DNA from: Candidatus Saccharimonadota bacterium
GTDB lineage: Archaea > Micrarchaeota > Micrarchaeia > Micrarchaeales > Micrarchaeaceae
NCBI GenBank assembly: GCA_021654395.1
Contig: AP024486.1
Location: 120,001-152,000 of the forward strand
Direction of reading: 5' to 3'
DNA length: 32,000 bases
Every line of letters starts with the position of its first letter. The stretch's first letter is position 1. The notes under the pieces are model-generated. The model saw only the letters and a program-made list of their open reading frames with translations, had not been told where the DNA came from and did not search any database. Positions 8,333 to 17,089 of this stretch are shown here, one piece after another. The position numbers and the translations under genes are program-made.

Positions 8333-9055
8333 ATGAATGATAATACAATAAATCAGAGTTATATTGATGAGCTAAAAGAGAGAATAGCTGGAGAGATAAC
8401 ATTATCAGAGAATCCAGGTAGTGTAATGAAGAAATGGAGAGAGTTCTATGGTATAACGCAGATAGACTTAGCAAAGTTTATGAAAGTCTCTCCTTCTACA
8501 ATAAGCGACTATGAAAGCAATCGAAGAAGAAGTCCTGGTGCGCTTGTAATAAAGAGATTTGTTGACTCTCTTATAGAGATTGATAAGAAGAGGAACTATG
8601 AGATATCTAAATCCTTAATAAAGCTGACTTACGGTAATAATGAAGATCAGAACTACTATATTATAAAAGATTTCTCAGAACCTTTACTTGGATCTGACTT
8701 CGTTAGGCTTATAGATGGTAAGGTTATAGTAAATCCCAGCTATCTAGATACAATAAAGATATACGGCTATACATTCTTAGATAGCTTAAAGGTTATTATA
8801 AATATAGATCCACCTAACTATATGAAGCTCTTTGGCTCTACCACAGAAAGAGCATTTATATTTGAGAATGTATCTACTGGTAGATCTCCGCTAGTTGTTA
8901 TAAGAGTAGCCCCAATAAAGCCCAGAATAGTAGTTTTATATAAGCTTAAGGAGATAGATAAGCTTGCTCTGAAGCTAGCACAGCTAGAGAGAATACCATT
9001 AATTACAACAAGTATAAGCAAGGAGCTACTATTCGAAAGGCTTAATAGGCTCTAA
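8333..9055 (+). CDS. archaeal XRE-family HTH transcriptional regulator (COG1395-like)
   Basis: 240 aa. Has a Cro/C1-type HTH, 'GITQIDLAKFMKVSPSTISDYESNRRRSPG', followed by a ~150-aa conserved-looking C-terminal domain. Confidence 0.72.
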   Translation: MNDNTINQSYIDELKERIAGEITLSENPGSVMKKWREFYGITQIDLAKFMKVSPSTISDYESNRRRSPGALVIKRFVDSLIEIDKKRNYEISKSLIKLTYGNNEDQNYYIIKDFSEPLLGSDFVRLIDGKVIVNPSYLDTIKIYGYTFLDSLKVIINIDPPNYMKLFGSTTERAFIFENVSTGRSPLVVIRVAPIKPRIVVLYKLKEIDKLALKLAQLERIPLITTSISKELLFERLNRL

Positions 9056-10135
9056 TTAATCTTTTTTACTATAGAACTCTTCATCGATCTTCTTTATAAG
9101 CTCTAACTCTGCCCTTGATGGCCTCTTTGGTATATCTATGTTTAGAATAATGTGCAGATCTCCTGAATGACCATATCTATTCTTTAATCCGTATCCTTTT
9201 ATTAAGATCTCGTCATTCTGCTGCGATCCCTTAGGTATAGATATCTCTTTAATCCCATAAGGTGTTTCTATCTTTAGAGTAGAACCTAGTATTGCCTTTG
9301 TATAAGGTATATTTATCTTCATATAAACATCGTTGCCTTCTATATGTAGATTCTCATTCTGCTTAAGATGAACTCTTAATATAAGATCTCCAGCCCCTCC
9401 AGTATCATAATCGCCTTGATTGCTTAATCTAAGCATATCTCCATCTCTAACATCTAGGGGTATCTCTATCTCTATATCCTCCTCTTTAAGCAGCTTACCC
9501 TTACCTTTACAGAGCACACACTTGTTCTTATATACTCTTCCAGAGCCGTTGCACATATCGCATATAGTAACTGTCTCAATCATACCGAATATTCCACTTC
9601 TTCTAGATACTATTCTGCCTCTACCATTGCATTTTGGACAGACCTCTGCAACTGAGCCGGGCTCTGCACCACTGCCATTACATCTGGAGCATCTTACAAA
9701 ATGCTTTACTTTTATTACTTTCTTTGATTGATTTATTATATCGCTTATATCTAGATATAGATCGTATACTATATCTCTACCCCTCTTAGCAGAGCTTCTT
9801 GAAAAGCCGAAGAAGTCATCAAATAGATTATCTGAGATGTCAAAGCCAAACTGTCTAAATATAGACTCTATATCAAAGTCTTTGAATATATCCTCCTTTG
9901 AGAATCTCTGTGAGAAGCCCGCCTTACCATACTTGTCATAAGCTGCTCTCTTCTCTGGATCACTTAGTACAGCGTATGCCTCATTTATCTTCTTAAATAT
10001 CTCCTCTGCCTTTGGATCCTTATTTCTGTCTGGATGATACTGTAGAGCGAGCCTTCTATAGGCTCGCTTTATCTCATCTTGAGTTGCATCTCTACTTACT
10101 CCAAGAATCTTATAGTAATCCTCCTCGTCATCCAT
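9056..10135 (-). CDS. dnaJ: chaperone DnaJ (type I, J-domain + Zn finger)
   Basis: '[33 protein letters not shown]' (J domain with HPD). Four CxxCxGxG repeats: [32 protein letters not shown]. Confidence 0.96.
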   Translation of the reverse strand: MDDEEDYYKILGVSRDATQDEIKRAYRRLALQYHPDRNKDPKAEEIFKKINEAYAVLSDPEKRAAYDKYGKAGFSQRFSKEDIFKDFDIESIFRQFGFDISDNLFDDFFGFSRSSAKRGRDIVYDLYLDISDIINQSKKVIKVKHFVRCSRCNGSGAEPGSVAEVCPKCNGRGRIVSRRSGIFGMIETVTICDMCNGSGRVYKNKCVLCKGKGKLLKEEDIEIEIPLDVRDGDMLRLSNQGDYDTGGAGDLILRVHLKQNENLHIEGNDVYMKINIPYTKAILGSTLKIETPYGIKEISIPKGSQQNDEILIKGYGLKNRYGHSGDLHIILNIDIPKRPSRAELELIKKIDEEFYSKKD

Positions 10136-10137
10136 TG

Positions 10138-11982
10138 CTATCCTACAACCTTATAGTTAGCGTCCTTAAAATTATTATTATCTCCTTGATTTCCGCTACT
10201 ATCGCCTGGTCCACTATTACTATTAGAGCCGCTGAAGCTACCGTAAAGGTTCTGTCCTATCTTCTTTAGCTCTTCAGATAGCTCATTGTACTTCTGCTTT
10301 ATGCTTTCTATATCTGATCTTGATATTGCATCCTTGAGCTCGTCCTTTAGCTTGGATAATCTACTCTCTAGATCTGAAGGTATCTTACCTTTATACTCTT
10401 TGAGCATATTCTCTGTTGCATATACTAATGACTCTGCATTATTCTTAGTCTCTATCTCCTCTTTTATCTTTTTATCCCTTTCTGCAAACTCTTGTGCTGC
10501 TTTTAATGCTTGATCTATCTCCTCTTTGCTCATCTTTAGCGGTGCTGTAATATCCATCTTCTGCTCTTTACCTGTTGCCATATCCTTCGCTGTAACATGC
10601 AGTATTCCGTTAGCATCTATATCGAAAGTAACCTCTATCTTTGGAACTCCTCTAGGCGCTGGGGGTATTCCTGTTAGTGTAAATCTACCTAATTGTATAT
10701 TATCCTTTGCTAAAGGCCTTTCTCCCTGAACAACAACTATATCCACGCTAGTCTGATTATCCTCTACTGTTGTAAATATCTCAGACTTCTTTACTGGTAT
10801 TGTTGTATTCCTAGGTATTATAGGAGTTGCTATTCCTCCGTATGTCTCAATAGATAACGTTAATGGTGTTACATCCAGTAATAGTATGTCCTTAACCTCT
10901 CCAGCTATCACACCTGCCTCTATAGCTGCGCCCATAGCTACTGCCTCCATTGGATCTACTCCTCTTTCTATCTTCTTTCCTAGGAGCTGCTCTACATATC
11001 TCTGAACTATAGGCATTCTTGTAGGACCACCTATCAGTATAATCTTATCTATCTGCTCTGGCTCTAGCTTTGCATCTTTTAAGGCTTGCTTGACTGGAAT
11101 AGCAGATCTCTCTATTATAGGCATTACTAGCTGCTCTAGCTTTGCTCTAGTTAATGTATAGCTAAAGTTTATAGGATTATTTGATCTATCGACAGCCAGG
11201 AATGGTAGATTTATATCGGTCTGCAGCACTGTTGATAGCTCTATCTTTGCTCTCTCTGCTGCTTCATAGAGTCTCTGCATTGCCTGCTTATTCTGTGTTA
11301 CATCTATAGAGTACTTACTTTTTATCTCTTCTACTAAGAAGTTAACTATCGCATTATCCATATCAGTACCTCCCAGCTGAGTATCTCCTGCTGTTGCCTT
11401 TACCTCAAACACGCCATTTCCAAACTCCATTATTGTTACATCTAATGTTCCTCCGCCCAGATCATATACTAAGATCTTCATCTCCTTATCTGACTTGTCT
11501 AGACCGTATGCTAAGCAAGCGGCAGTAGGCTCGTTTAGCAGTCTTACAACCTCCAAGCCAGCTATCTCTCCCGCGTCCTTTGTCGCTTGCCTCTGGTTAT
11601 CATTAAAGTATGCTGGGACTGTTATAACTGCCTTTGTTACTGGCTCTCCTAAGAAGGCCTCTGCATCTCTCTTTATCTTTTGTAGTAAGAACGCTGCTAT
11701 CTGCTGCGGCTTATATGTCTTTCCATATATATTGTATACATGATCTGATCCCATGTATCTCTTAAATCTTGATATTGTGCCTTCGGGATTAGCTACCGCC
11801 TGTCTTCTTGCTGGTTCTCCAACTAGCACTTGTCCGTCTTTTGTAAATGCAACATAGCTTGGGAATGATTTACCATAAGGCGTCATTCCTTCTGCACTGG
11901 GTATTATCACTGGCCTTCCTCCTTGTAGAACTGCTGCTGCTGAGTTAGAAGTTCCCAAATCTATTCCTATAATCTTACTCAT
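10138..11982 (-). CDS. dnaK: chaperone DnaK (Hsp70)
   Basis: '[11 protein letters not shown]', 'DLGGGTLDV', '[11 protein letters not shown]'. The track ORF starts at 12009, but GAGGTG lies 6 nt upstream of the ATG at 11982, which gives the canonical '[11 protein letters not shown]'. Confidence 0.96.
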   Translation of the reverse strand: MSKIIGIDLGTSNSAAAVLQGGRPVIIPSAEGMTPYGKSFPSYVAFTKDGQVLVGEPARRQAVANPEGTISRFKRYMGSDHVYNIYGKTYKPQQIAAFLLQKIKRDAEAFLGEPVTKAVITVPAYFNDNQRQATKDAGEIAGLEVVRLLNEPTAACLAYGLDKSDKEMKILVYDLGGGTLDVTIMEFGNGVFEVKATAGDTQLGGTDMDNAIVNFLVEEIKSKYSIDVTQNKQAMQRLYEAAERAKIELSTVLQTDINLPFLAVDRSNNPINFSYTLTRAKLEQLVMPIIERSAIPVKQALKDAKLEPEQIDKIILIGGPTRMPIVQRYVEQLLGKKIERGVDPMEAVAMGAAIEAGVIAGEVKDILLLDVTPLTLSIETYGGIATPIIPRNTTIPVKKSEIFTTVEDNQTSVDIVVVQGERPLAKDNIQLGRFTLTGIPPAPRGVPKIEVTFDIDANGILHVTAKDMATGKEQKMDITAPLKMSKEEIDQALKAAQEFAERDKKIKEEIETKNNAESLVYATENMLKEYKGKIPSDLESRLSKLKDELKDAISRSDIESIKQKYNELSEELKKIGQNLYGSFSGSNSNSGPGDSSGNQGDNNNFKDANYKVVG

Positions 11983-12532
11983 TACCATCACCTCTTTTAG
12001 CATTACCATTTGATATTATAACTAAAGATGGCCTTATAACGATATTATCGTATATATAGCCTTTCTTTATAATCTCTAAGATCTCACCCTCTGGCTTGTC
12101 GCTATCCTTAGATAGTATAACCTCATGAAAGTTTGGATCGTATCTGCCTTTTGCCTCTATCTCTCTAAGACCCATCTTCTTTAAGTAATCATAAAGATTT
12201 GAATAGACCATTGCTATACCTTTTACAATCTCGTTATCTGCCATTGTTTTCAATGCAATCATTGCAATATCGAACTCATCTAGTATAGGCAGCATATCTG
12301 TAAAGAACTTAACAGTAGCTGTCCTCTCAGCATTCTTATAGTTCTCTTCTGCTCTCTTCTTGAAGTTATCAAACTCTGCTGCTAGTCTTATTAGATTCTC
12401 TTTCAAGCGTTTACATTCATCTATAAGCTTATTATACTCATTCTCATCTATCTCTACTTTCTTCTGCTCTTTCTGCTCATTATTAGATTCTTTCTTATCT
12501 TTATCTGATCTGCTTTCAGCATTATCTGCCAT
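11975..12532 (-). CDS. grpE: nucleotide exchange factor GrpE
   Basis: '[12 protein letters not shown]', '[18 protein letters not shown]'. Candidate ATGs are at 12538 and 12532. GAGGTG (12545-12540) is 7 nt from 12532 and 1 nt from 12538, so 12532 is preferred. The stop overlaps the dnaK start. Confidence 0.9.
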   Translation of the reverse strand: MADNAESRSDKDKKESNNEQKEQKKVEIDENEYNKLIDECKRLKENLIRLAAEFDNFKKRAEENYKNAERTATVKFFTDMLPILDEFDIAMIALKTMADNEIVKGIAMVYSNLYDYLKKMGLREIEAKGRYDPNFHEVILSKDSDKPEGEILEIIKKGYIYDNIVIRPSLVIISNGNAKRGDGNE

Positions 12533-12917
12533 TACCATTCACCTCTAATAGCTTAAGCATCTCCTTCATATCATTAAGTATACCTTTAACATCATTACTA
12601 AGTTGGTCTATTGCATTTATTAGATTCATACCCCTTATATAGTAGCTTCTGCCGTTCTTTACTATCATGCCTGCCTCCATAAGCTTATTTATGTGATATA
12701 GAACTGTTGTCCTTGGTAGCTCCCTGCCTATTAGCCTGTTTATCTCTTTGCTTATCTCTAAGCTAGTCATTCCTTTGTCGCTTCTTGCTGCCTTTATCAA
12801 TGATCTTAAGATTAAGGCTTCCATAGCGTCAAATTCAAATGTCTGACATAGCCAGGCCATTACCGATTCTATGTCATTGTTTAATGGCTTATCGATCTTT
12901 CTTATTATTACTCTCAT
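12522..12917 (-). CDS. winged-helix (ArsR/TrmB-like) transcriptional regulator, first gene of the grpE-dnaK-dnaJ operon
   Basis: ~131 aa. The ATG at 12917 is one codon inside the TTG at 12920. 'MTSLEISKEINRLIGRELPRTTVLYHINKLMEAGMIVKNGRSYYIRG' fits an HTH + wing pattern. The 3' end overlaps the grpE start. Confidence 0.65.
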   Translation of the reverse strand: MRVIIRKIDKPLNNDIESVMAWLCQTFEFDAMEALILRSLIKAARSDKGMTSLEISKEINRLIGRELPRTTVLYHINKLMEAGMIVKNGRSYYIRGMNLINAIDQLSNDVKGILNDMKEMLKLLEVNGNGR

Positions 12918-12937
12918 CAATTAAGATATTAAGTAGC

Positions 12938-12957
12938 GAAAGTTTTAAATATTTTTC
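12938..12957. promoter_or_regulatory. quasi-symmetric bidirectional BRE-TATA-BRE promoter (hsp20 / wHTH-grpE-dnaK-dnaJ)
   Basis: The + strand reads 'GAAAGTTTTAAATATTTTTC' and the - strand 'GAAAAATATTTAAAACTTTC'. A GAAA + A/T-rich TATA core is present in both orientations, ~30 nt from the regulator ATG (12917) and ~50 nt from the hsp20 ATG (13002). Confidence 0.45.
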
Positions 12958-13001
12958 TAATATTAAAAAATAAATTGAAGATTCGAAAAAAGGTGGTAAA
13001 A

Positions 13002-13433
13002 ATGGCAAGAGAAGATAGATTACCTGGTTTATTTGATGAGGAGTTTTTTGAAATTCCAAGGATAATGAGAAAGCAGATGAACAGAGCATTAAAGGAGTTC
13101 TTTGAAGAGGCAGAGTTTCCAAAGGTAGACATAATAGATAAGAAAGACTCTATAATAGTAAAAGCAGATGTTCCAGGAGTACCAAAGGACAAGCTAAATA
13201 TAAGAGTAAGAGACAATGGCATTGTAATTAAGGGAGATCTTTCAGAAGAGAAAGAGGAGAAAGATGGTAGCTACTACATGAGAGAAAGATATATCAGCTC
13301 ATTCTATAGAGACATTGAGCTACCAAGTGATGTAGATCCAAACTCAGCAAAAGCGAAGTACGAGAATGGTGTCTTAACAATAGAGCTTAAGAAGAGAAAG
13401 GAAGAGATAGGAAAAGAGATCCCAGTTGAGTGA
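13002..13433 (+). CDS. hsp20: small heat-shock protein, Hsp20/alpha-crystallin family
   Basis: Alpha-crystallin domain: 'VDIIDKKDSIIVKADVPGVPKDKLNIRVRDNGIVIKG...AKYENGVLTIELKK'. ATG 13002 is preceded by GGTGG (12992-12996); the track start at 12975 is a TTG. Confidence 0.9.
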   Translation: MAREDRLPGLFDEEFFEIPRIMRKQMNRALKEFFEEAEFPKVDIIDKKDSIIVKADVPGVPKDKLNIRVRDNGIVIKGDLSEEKEEKDGSYYMRERYISSFYRDIELPSDVDPNSAKAKYENGVLTIELKKRKEEIGKEIPVE

Positions 13434-13438
13434 TTTTT
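13434..13438 (+). terminator. oligo-T tract after hsp20
   Basis: A T5 run immediately follows the hsp20 TGA (13431-13433). Archaeal terminators are oligo-T tracts. It overlaps the stop of the convergent GT2 gene. Confidence 0.25.
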
Positions 13439-14510
13439 ATTCTTTTATCTTATATATGCTCCCTCTCCACATTATCTCTTTTTTATTATATGCTACTAAT
13501 AGATCATAGATATATATTAGATTTATAAATAGCATGATATATGCAGTCTTTATCTTACTGATCCTTGTTATACGCTCTGCTCTTAATATGCTTAATATCT
13601 TTGGTGTTAAGAGCAGTAAACCAATAGGATTAGCTATTAATAGCAAGTATAACGAGTAGATAAAGATTCCTTCAAAAATTACATAGTAGATTATACCATA
13701 GTAAAATATATATCTATTTGCGTAGATTGTCCAGACTGTCTGTCTAATAGACCATTCAATAAAGCTGCCAAAGCTTTCACTTATATAGACATAGCTTATA
13801 TCAGCTATATAATTTATCTTCATTCCTTTACTCTTATAGAACTTAGTTATTGTAATATCATCAGATTTCTTATGGTAAAGCTGATCTATAAGCTCTTCTA
13901 TATAAAGGTTAGGGAATGCTAGAGAGCCGCCCCAGCCGAATCTTGTCTTATCAGAAGACATTAATGAGAAGCCTATAAAGTTCCAGACGTGCTTTACATC
14001 AGACCAGAAGCCTCTTAAAGGCATAAAGTATGGATATGTAGTAGATATATGCTTACTCTCTAAGCTATTAACTAGGCTCTCTAACCAGTTCTTCTTAGGA
14101 TATACATCTGAATCTGCTATAACAAACGCGTAATATCTACTACTTTTATACTTTTTTAAAGCATATATTAAGGCATTAACCTTTCCGCTAGTATCTTCTA
14201 TCTTATTCTTAGCTATTAGATACTTTAAACCATATCTCCTAATGTAGCTTAAGGCAGGATCATTCTTAGAATCAACGACCGCAACAATATCGTAATTCTT
14301 GTAGCTCTGACTCTTAAGCGCAATAATGTTATCTTCCATCTTTCTATCTATGCCCTTATAAGGAACTATAACAAGCACTCTTTTATCTTTATCTACTTTT
14401 CTGAGATTATCTCTATTATACCTATCTGAGTAGATTATGTCTCTTAATAAAGATAGATCAAAGAGTATAGATATTAAAAGTATCAGCGCTTTTATATATG
14501 ATCCTATCAT
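13437..14510 (-). CDS. membrane-bound family 2 glycosyltransferase
   Basis: 357 aa. N-terminal TM, then 'RVLVIVPYKGID', 'DIVAVVDSKND', DxD 'IADSDVYP', 'GGSLAF', a (Q/R)xxRW-like 'IRQTVW', and C-terminal TM helices. Confidence 0.75.
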   Translation of the reverse strand: MIGSYIKALILLISILFDLSLLRDIIYSDRYNRDNLRKVDKDKRVLVIVPYKGIDRKMEDNIIALKSQSYKNYDIVAVVDSKNDPALSYIRRYGLKYLIAKNKIEDTSGKVNALIYALKKYKSSRYYAFVIADSDVYPKKNWLESLVNSLESKHISTTYPYFMPLRGFWSDVKHVWNFIGFSLMSSDKTRFGWGGSLAFPNLYIEELIDQLYHKKSDDITITKFYKSKGMKINYIADISYVYISESFGSFIEWSIRQTVWTIYANRYIFYYGIIYYVIFEGIFIYSLYLLLIANPIGLLLLTPKILSILRAERITRISKIKTAYIMLFINLIYIYDLLVAYNKKEIMWRGSIYKIKE

Positions 14511-14899
14511 TTGAATATACCTATAAAGCTCTCTACATCTAAGCCTTTCTCTATCATATGATCCTTGCTTATAGCGAAGCTATCGTTTAGCTCTTTGAGA
14601 TCCTTTATCTCTATGAAGCGCCAACCTACTCTGTTTATCCTCCATGCTAAGTAGGATCTTATACTACTCTCACTGCTCCACCTCTTAAGAGTCTCTATCT
14701 GCTCTTTTCTTATATAAAGTATCTTCTTGCTTACTGCTTTGCACTCTATTATAGCACCAATCTTATTCTTAAAGACTATCAGATCCGGACTTAATGAGTT
14801 TACACCACTACCTGCTGCTCTAATTGCAACGAATCCATTATCTATAAATAGGTTAAGTAGCTCTCTTTCTCTATCTGCTCCTTTTCTATAGTGGCTCAT
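14507..14899 (-). CDS. hjc: Holliday junction resolvase Hjc
   Basis: 'YRKGADRERELLNLFIDNGFVAIRAAGSG...PDLIVFKN...IIECKA...VGWRFIEI' aligns closely with the Pyrococcus Hjc pattern. The stop overlaps the GT2 start (ATGA). Confidence 0.9.
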   Translation of the reverse strand: MSHYRKGADRERELLNLFIDNGFVAIRAAGSGVNSLSPDLIVFKNKIGAIIECKAVSKKILYIRKEQIETLKRWSSESSIRSYLAWRINRVGWRFIEIKDLKELNDSFAISKDHMIEKGLDVESFIGIFK

Positions 14900-14901
14900 A
14901 G

Positions 14902-16476
14902 CTATCTCATAAAGTCCTTAAGCGTTCTCTGCCTATCTCCGTTAAGTAGAATTCTTTTTATACTTTTAATATCGTATCCGCTCTCTAGCATATTCTTTAT
15001 CTTATAAATTAGCTCGTGCATCCTTCTCTCTTTTAATGATACTACTCTTAGATTATACTCATCTCTAGAGTCGCGGGTAACGAGTATGTATATCTCGCCT
15101 GCCTTTATTCTACCTGCCCTGCCTTTTCTTTGAATACTTCTTATCTCACTAGGTATCGCTTCATAAAATATAACAGCATCTACAGCAGGTATATCTAAGC
15201 CCTCTTCTCCTATAGAGGTAGACACTAGAACTTGGTAATCTTCTGTCCTAAATCTTTCTATAAACTCCTCTTGCAATCTTTGAGACATACCTTTGTTCTT
15301 ACCCATAAATGGTAGTACTTTTATATTATTAGATCTTAGATAGTCATTTAGTACATTAATAGTTGATTTGTACTGTGCAAATATTATCACTTTCCTATCC
15401 TTTAGTACTGTATTTAAAAGATCCAAGACCCTATCGACCTTTGGATGCCTATAACCGTTACTTTTGAGTAGTTCAGCCTCTTTTACGGCTTCTTGCAGAT
15501 TACTATTGTTTAGGATTGCCCTTATATTTCTGCTCTTTGAAGCCTTTGAGCGCAGATCATATATATAGCTCAAGAACTGATCTAATCCTTCTACAGTCAA
15601 TAGCTCATGAGCATGCATAAGATGTAAAACATATGAGTAATCTAGAAATGAGATATATCTAGAAGTGCTATCCTCTATCTTCCTTATACTATCTGCCATG
15701 CTCAATATATAGCTTTTCGGAGCTGTTCTAAAGTTTCTAAATGCTGACAGATTCCTTTCATAAAGCCTTTGCATATGCTCATCTATTACTATAGCTATCT
15801 TATCTGCTATCTCTTGAAGCTCTCTATATAATGCTATCTGAAGTATCTTAACAAGCTTAGTTGGTATATAGTCTATTATGTCTTTATCCTGCTCGCTTCT
15901 TATCTCTATATGGCCTATGTTCAATAATGAAAGCAGAGAGATTATCTTGCTCTTTGAGCCACCAGGAGATGCAGTTAATGCTATTATCCTTATATTGCTC
16001 TCTAAAGCCTTCTCAGCTAATATGGCATAGGCATATCTTCCTACAGCTTTATGTGCCTCATCAAATACGATTAAGCTGAAATCCTTTAGATCTATCAATC
16101 CTCTCTCTAGATCGTTCTTTATAGTCTGTGGAGTTGCTACAACTATATAGCTATTCTTGTATATAGTTGCTCTCTCATCATAGCTCTTTGATCCTATAGC
16201 TAATGCTATCTGATTATCTGTTAGATTTGTTATAGAAAGTACTGTCTTATAATGTTGCTCTGCAAGAGGCTTAGTGGGTGCCAGAAATAAAGCCTTCTTA
16301 CCTATATTTGCATATGCCAATATTACGTATATAGCTATTATAGTCTTACCAGTTCCTGTTGGTAGAATGACTAATGAGTTGCTCTTGCTTCTTAATATAC
16401 TGCTTATTATATCCTTCTGATAGTCTCTGAGCTTAATACTCTCATTAAGCTTAAATCTTAAGAATGGTTGCTGCAT
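14902..16476 (-). CDS. hef: Hef/FANCM-type helicase, helicase module only (no ERCC4 nuclease domain)
   Basis: 524 aa. 'LRDYQKDIISSIL..NSLVILPTGTGKT', 'LAPTKPLAEQH', 'VVATPQTIKNDL', 'LIVFDEAHKAVGRYAY', 'ALTASPG', 'RKGRAGR'. The N-terminal helicase motif blocks match those of Pyrococcus Hef by eye. The ORF ends right after helicase motif VI and a short tail. Confidence 0.85.
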   Translation of the reverse strand: MQQPFLRFKLNESIKLRDYQKDIISSILRSKSNSLVILPTGTGKTIIAIYVILAYANIGKKALFLAPTKPLAEQHYKTVLSITNLTDNQIALAIGSKSYDERATIYKNSYIVVATPQTIKNDLERGLIDLKDFSLIVFDEAHKAVGRYAYAILAEKALESNIRIIALTASPGGSKSKIISLLSLLNIGHIEIRSEQDKDIIDYIPTKLVKILQIALYRELQEIADKIAIVIDEHMQRLYERNLSAFRNFRTAPKSYILSMADSIRKIEDSTSRYISFLDYSYVLHLMHAHELLTVEGLDQFLSYIYDLRSKASKSRNIRAILNNSNLQEAVKEAELLKSNGYRHPKVDRVLDLLNTVLKDRKVIIFAQYKSTINVLNDYLRSNNIKVLPFMGKNKGMSQRLQEEFIERFRTEDYQVLVSTSIGEEGLDIPAVDAVIFYEAIPSEIRSIQRKGRAGRIKAGEIYILVTRDSRDEYNLRVVSLKERRMHELIYKIKNMLESGYDIKSIKRILLNGDRQRTLKDFMR

Positions 16477-16502
16477 AAGTTTATCATTTAATATGTATCT
16501 GT

Positions 16503-16517
16503 GAAAGTTTAAAAATT
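16503..16517 (+). promoter_or_regulatory. BRE/TATA box for tRNA-Phe
   Basis: 'GAAAGTTTAAAAATT' is centred ~35 nt upstream of tRNA position 1. Same pattern as the other putative promoters in the window. Confidence 0.45.
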
Positions 16518-16545
16518 ATATAGAATTAAATAATTACTAGCAGAT

Positions 16546-16637
16546 GCCGCAGTAGCTCAGCCAGGGCAGAGCGTCCGGCTGAAGATATATATAAAGCGGA
16601 AACCGGAAAGTCGCAGGTTCAAATCCTGCCTGCGGCA
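16546..16637 (+). tRNA. tRNA-Phe (anticodon GAA) with 17-nt intron at canonical 37/38 position
   Basis: Hand-folded cloverleaf. Acceptor GCCGCAG/CTGCGGC, D stem GCTC/GAGC, anticodon stem TCCGG/CCGGA, loop CTGAAGA once 16585-16601 is removed, T arm GCAGG-TTCAAAT-CCTGC, discriminator A. No encoded CCA. This is the only GC-rich island in its intergenic region. Confidence 0.9.
16585..16601 (+). other. tRNA-Phe intron
   Basis: 'ATATATATAAAGCGGAA' interrupts the anticodon loop after G37; removing it restores a 7-nt loop and a 75-nt tRNA. The boundary could shift by 1 nt because of flanking A residues. Confidence 0.7.
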
Positions 16638-16709
16638 TTTGCACAAATAAAAAGATTATTTAAACCTATTCTCCTTAAGATTAGTAATGTGAGGCCATAG
16701 GTGTTATAT

Positions 16710-17081
16710 ATGAGCTATGTAGATAAAGAAACTCCACAAGAAGTGGCTGATAAGCTATTAGAGCTTGTAAAAGCTGTAAAAGATGGAAAAGGAGTAATAA
16801 GAAAAGGGGCCAATGAAACGACAAAGAGCATAGAGAGAGGATTATCTAAGCTAACGATAATAGCTGCTGATGTAAGCCCAGAGGAAGTTGTTATGCACAT
16901 ACCAAAGCTTTGTAAAGAGAAGAACGTTGCTTATGCTTTTGTAAAGAGTAAGGAGGAGCTAGGTAAGGCTGCAGGCTTATCAGTATCATGTGCAGCAGTA
17001 TCTATTGAGAACCCAGGATCTGCAAAGCAGCAGCTTGATGATATACTTAGTAGACTTACTGGCACAGCACAGAAGAAGTAG
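16710..17081 (+). CDS. rpl7ae: 50S ribosomal protein L7Ae
   Basis: 'GVIRKGANETTKSIERGLSKLTIIAADVSPEEVVMHIPKLCKEKNVAYAFVKSKEELGKAAG'. ATG 16710 is preferred over GTG 16701. Confidence 0.93.
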   Translation: MSYVDKETPQEVADKLLELVKAVKDGKGVIRKGANETTKSIERGLSKLTIIAADVSPEEVVMHIPKLCKEKNVAYAFVKSKEELGKAAGLSVSCAAVSIENPGSAKQQLDDILSRLTGTAQKK

Positions 17082-17089
17082 TGTCAACC

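Noticed and set aside
11983-12009. N-terminal extension of DnaK (MVMLKEVMV)
   Set aside because: The canonical Hsp70 N-terminus '[11 protein letters not shown]' starts at ATG 11982 with GAGGTG 6 nt upstream. The extension would overlap grpE by 35 nt.
10138-12920. Flagging the dnaK operon as a fresh horizontal-transfer island
   Set aside because: Bacterial ancestry of archaeal dnaK/dnaJ/grpE is established knowledge. Here codon style, SD usage and promoter type look native, and no mobile-element boundaries are visible, so there is no evidence for recent transfer.
12975-13001. TTG-initiated 9-codon N-terminal extension of Hsp20 (MKIRKKVVK)
   Set aside because: ATG 13002 has a GGTGG Shine-Dalgarno at ideal spacing, which lies inside the proposed extension. 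The extension would place the start essentially at the predicted transcription start. Leaderless use of the TTG cannot be fully excluded.
12889-13222. Two minus-strand ORFs (77 and 97 aa) across the hsp20 5' region and the heat-shock intergenic gap
   Set aside because: They are antisense to the well-supported hsp20 gene and run through the promoter region. Composition is low-complexity, with no start context.
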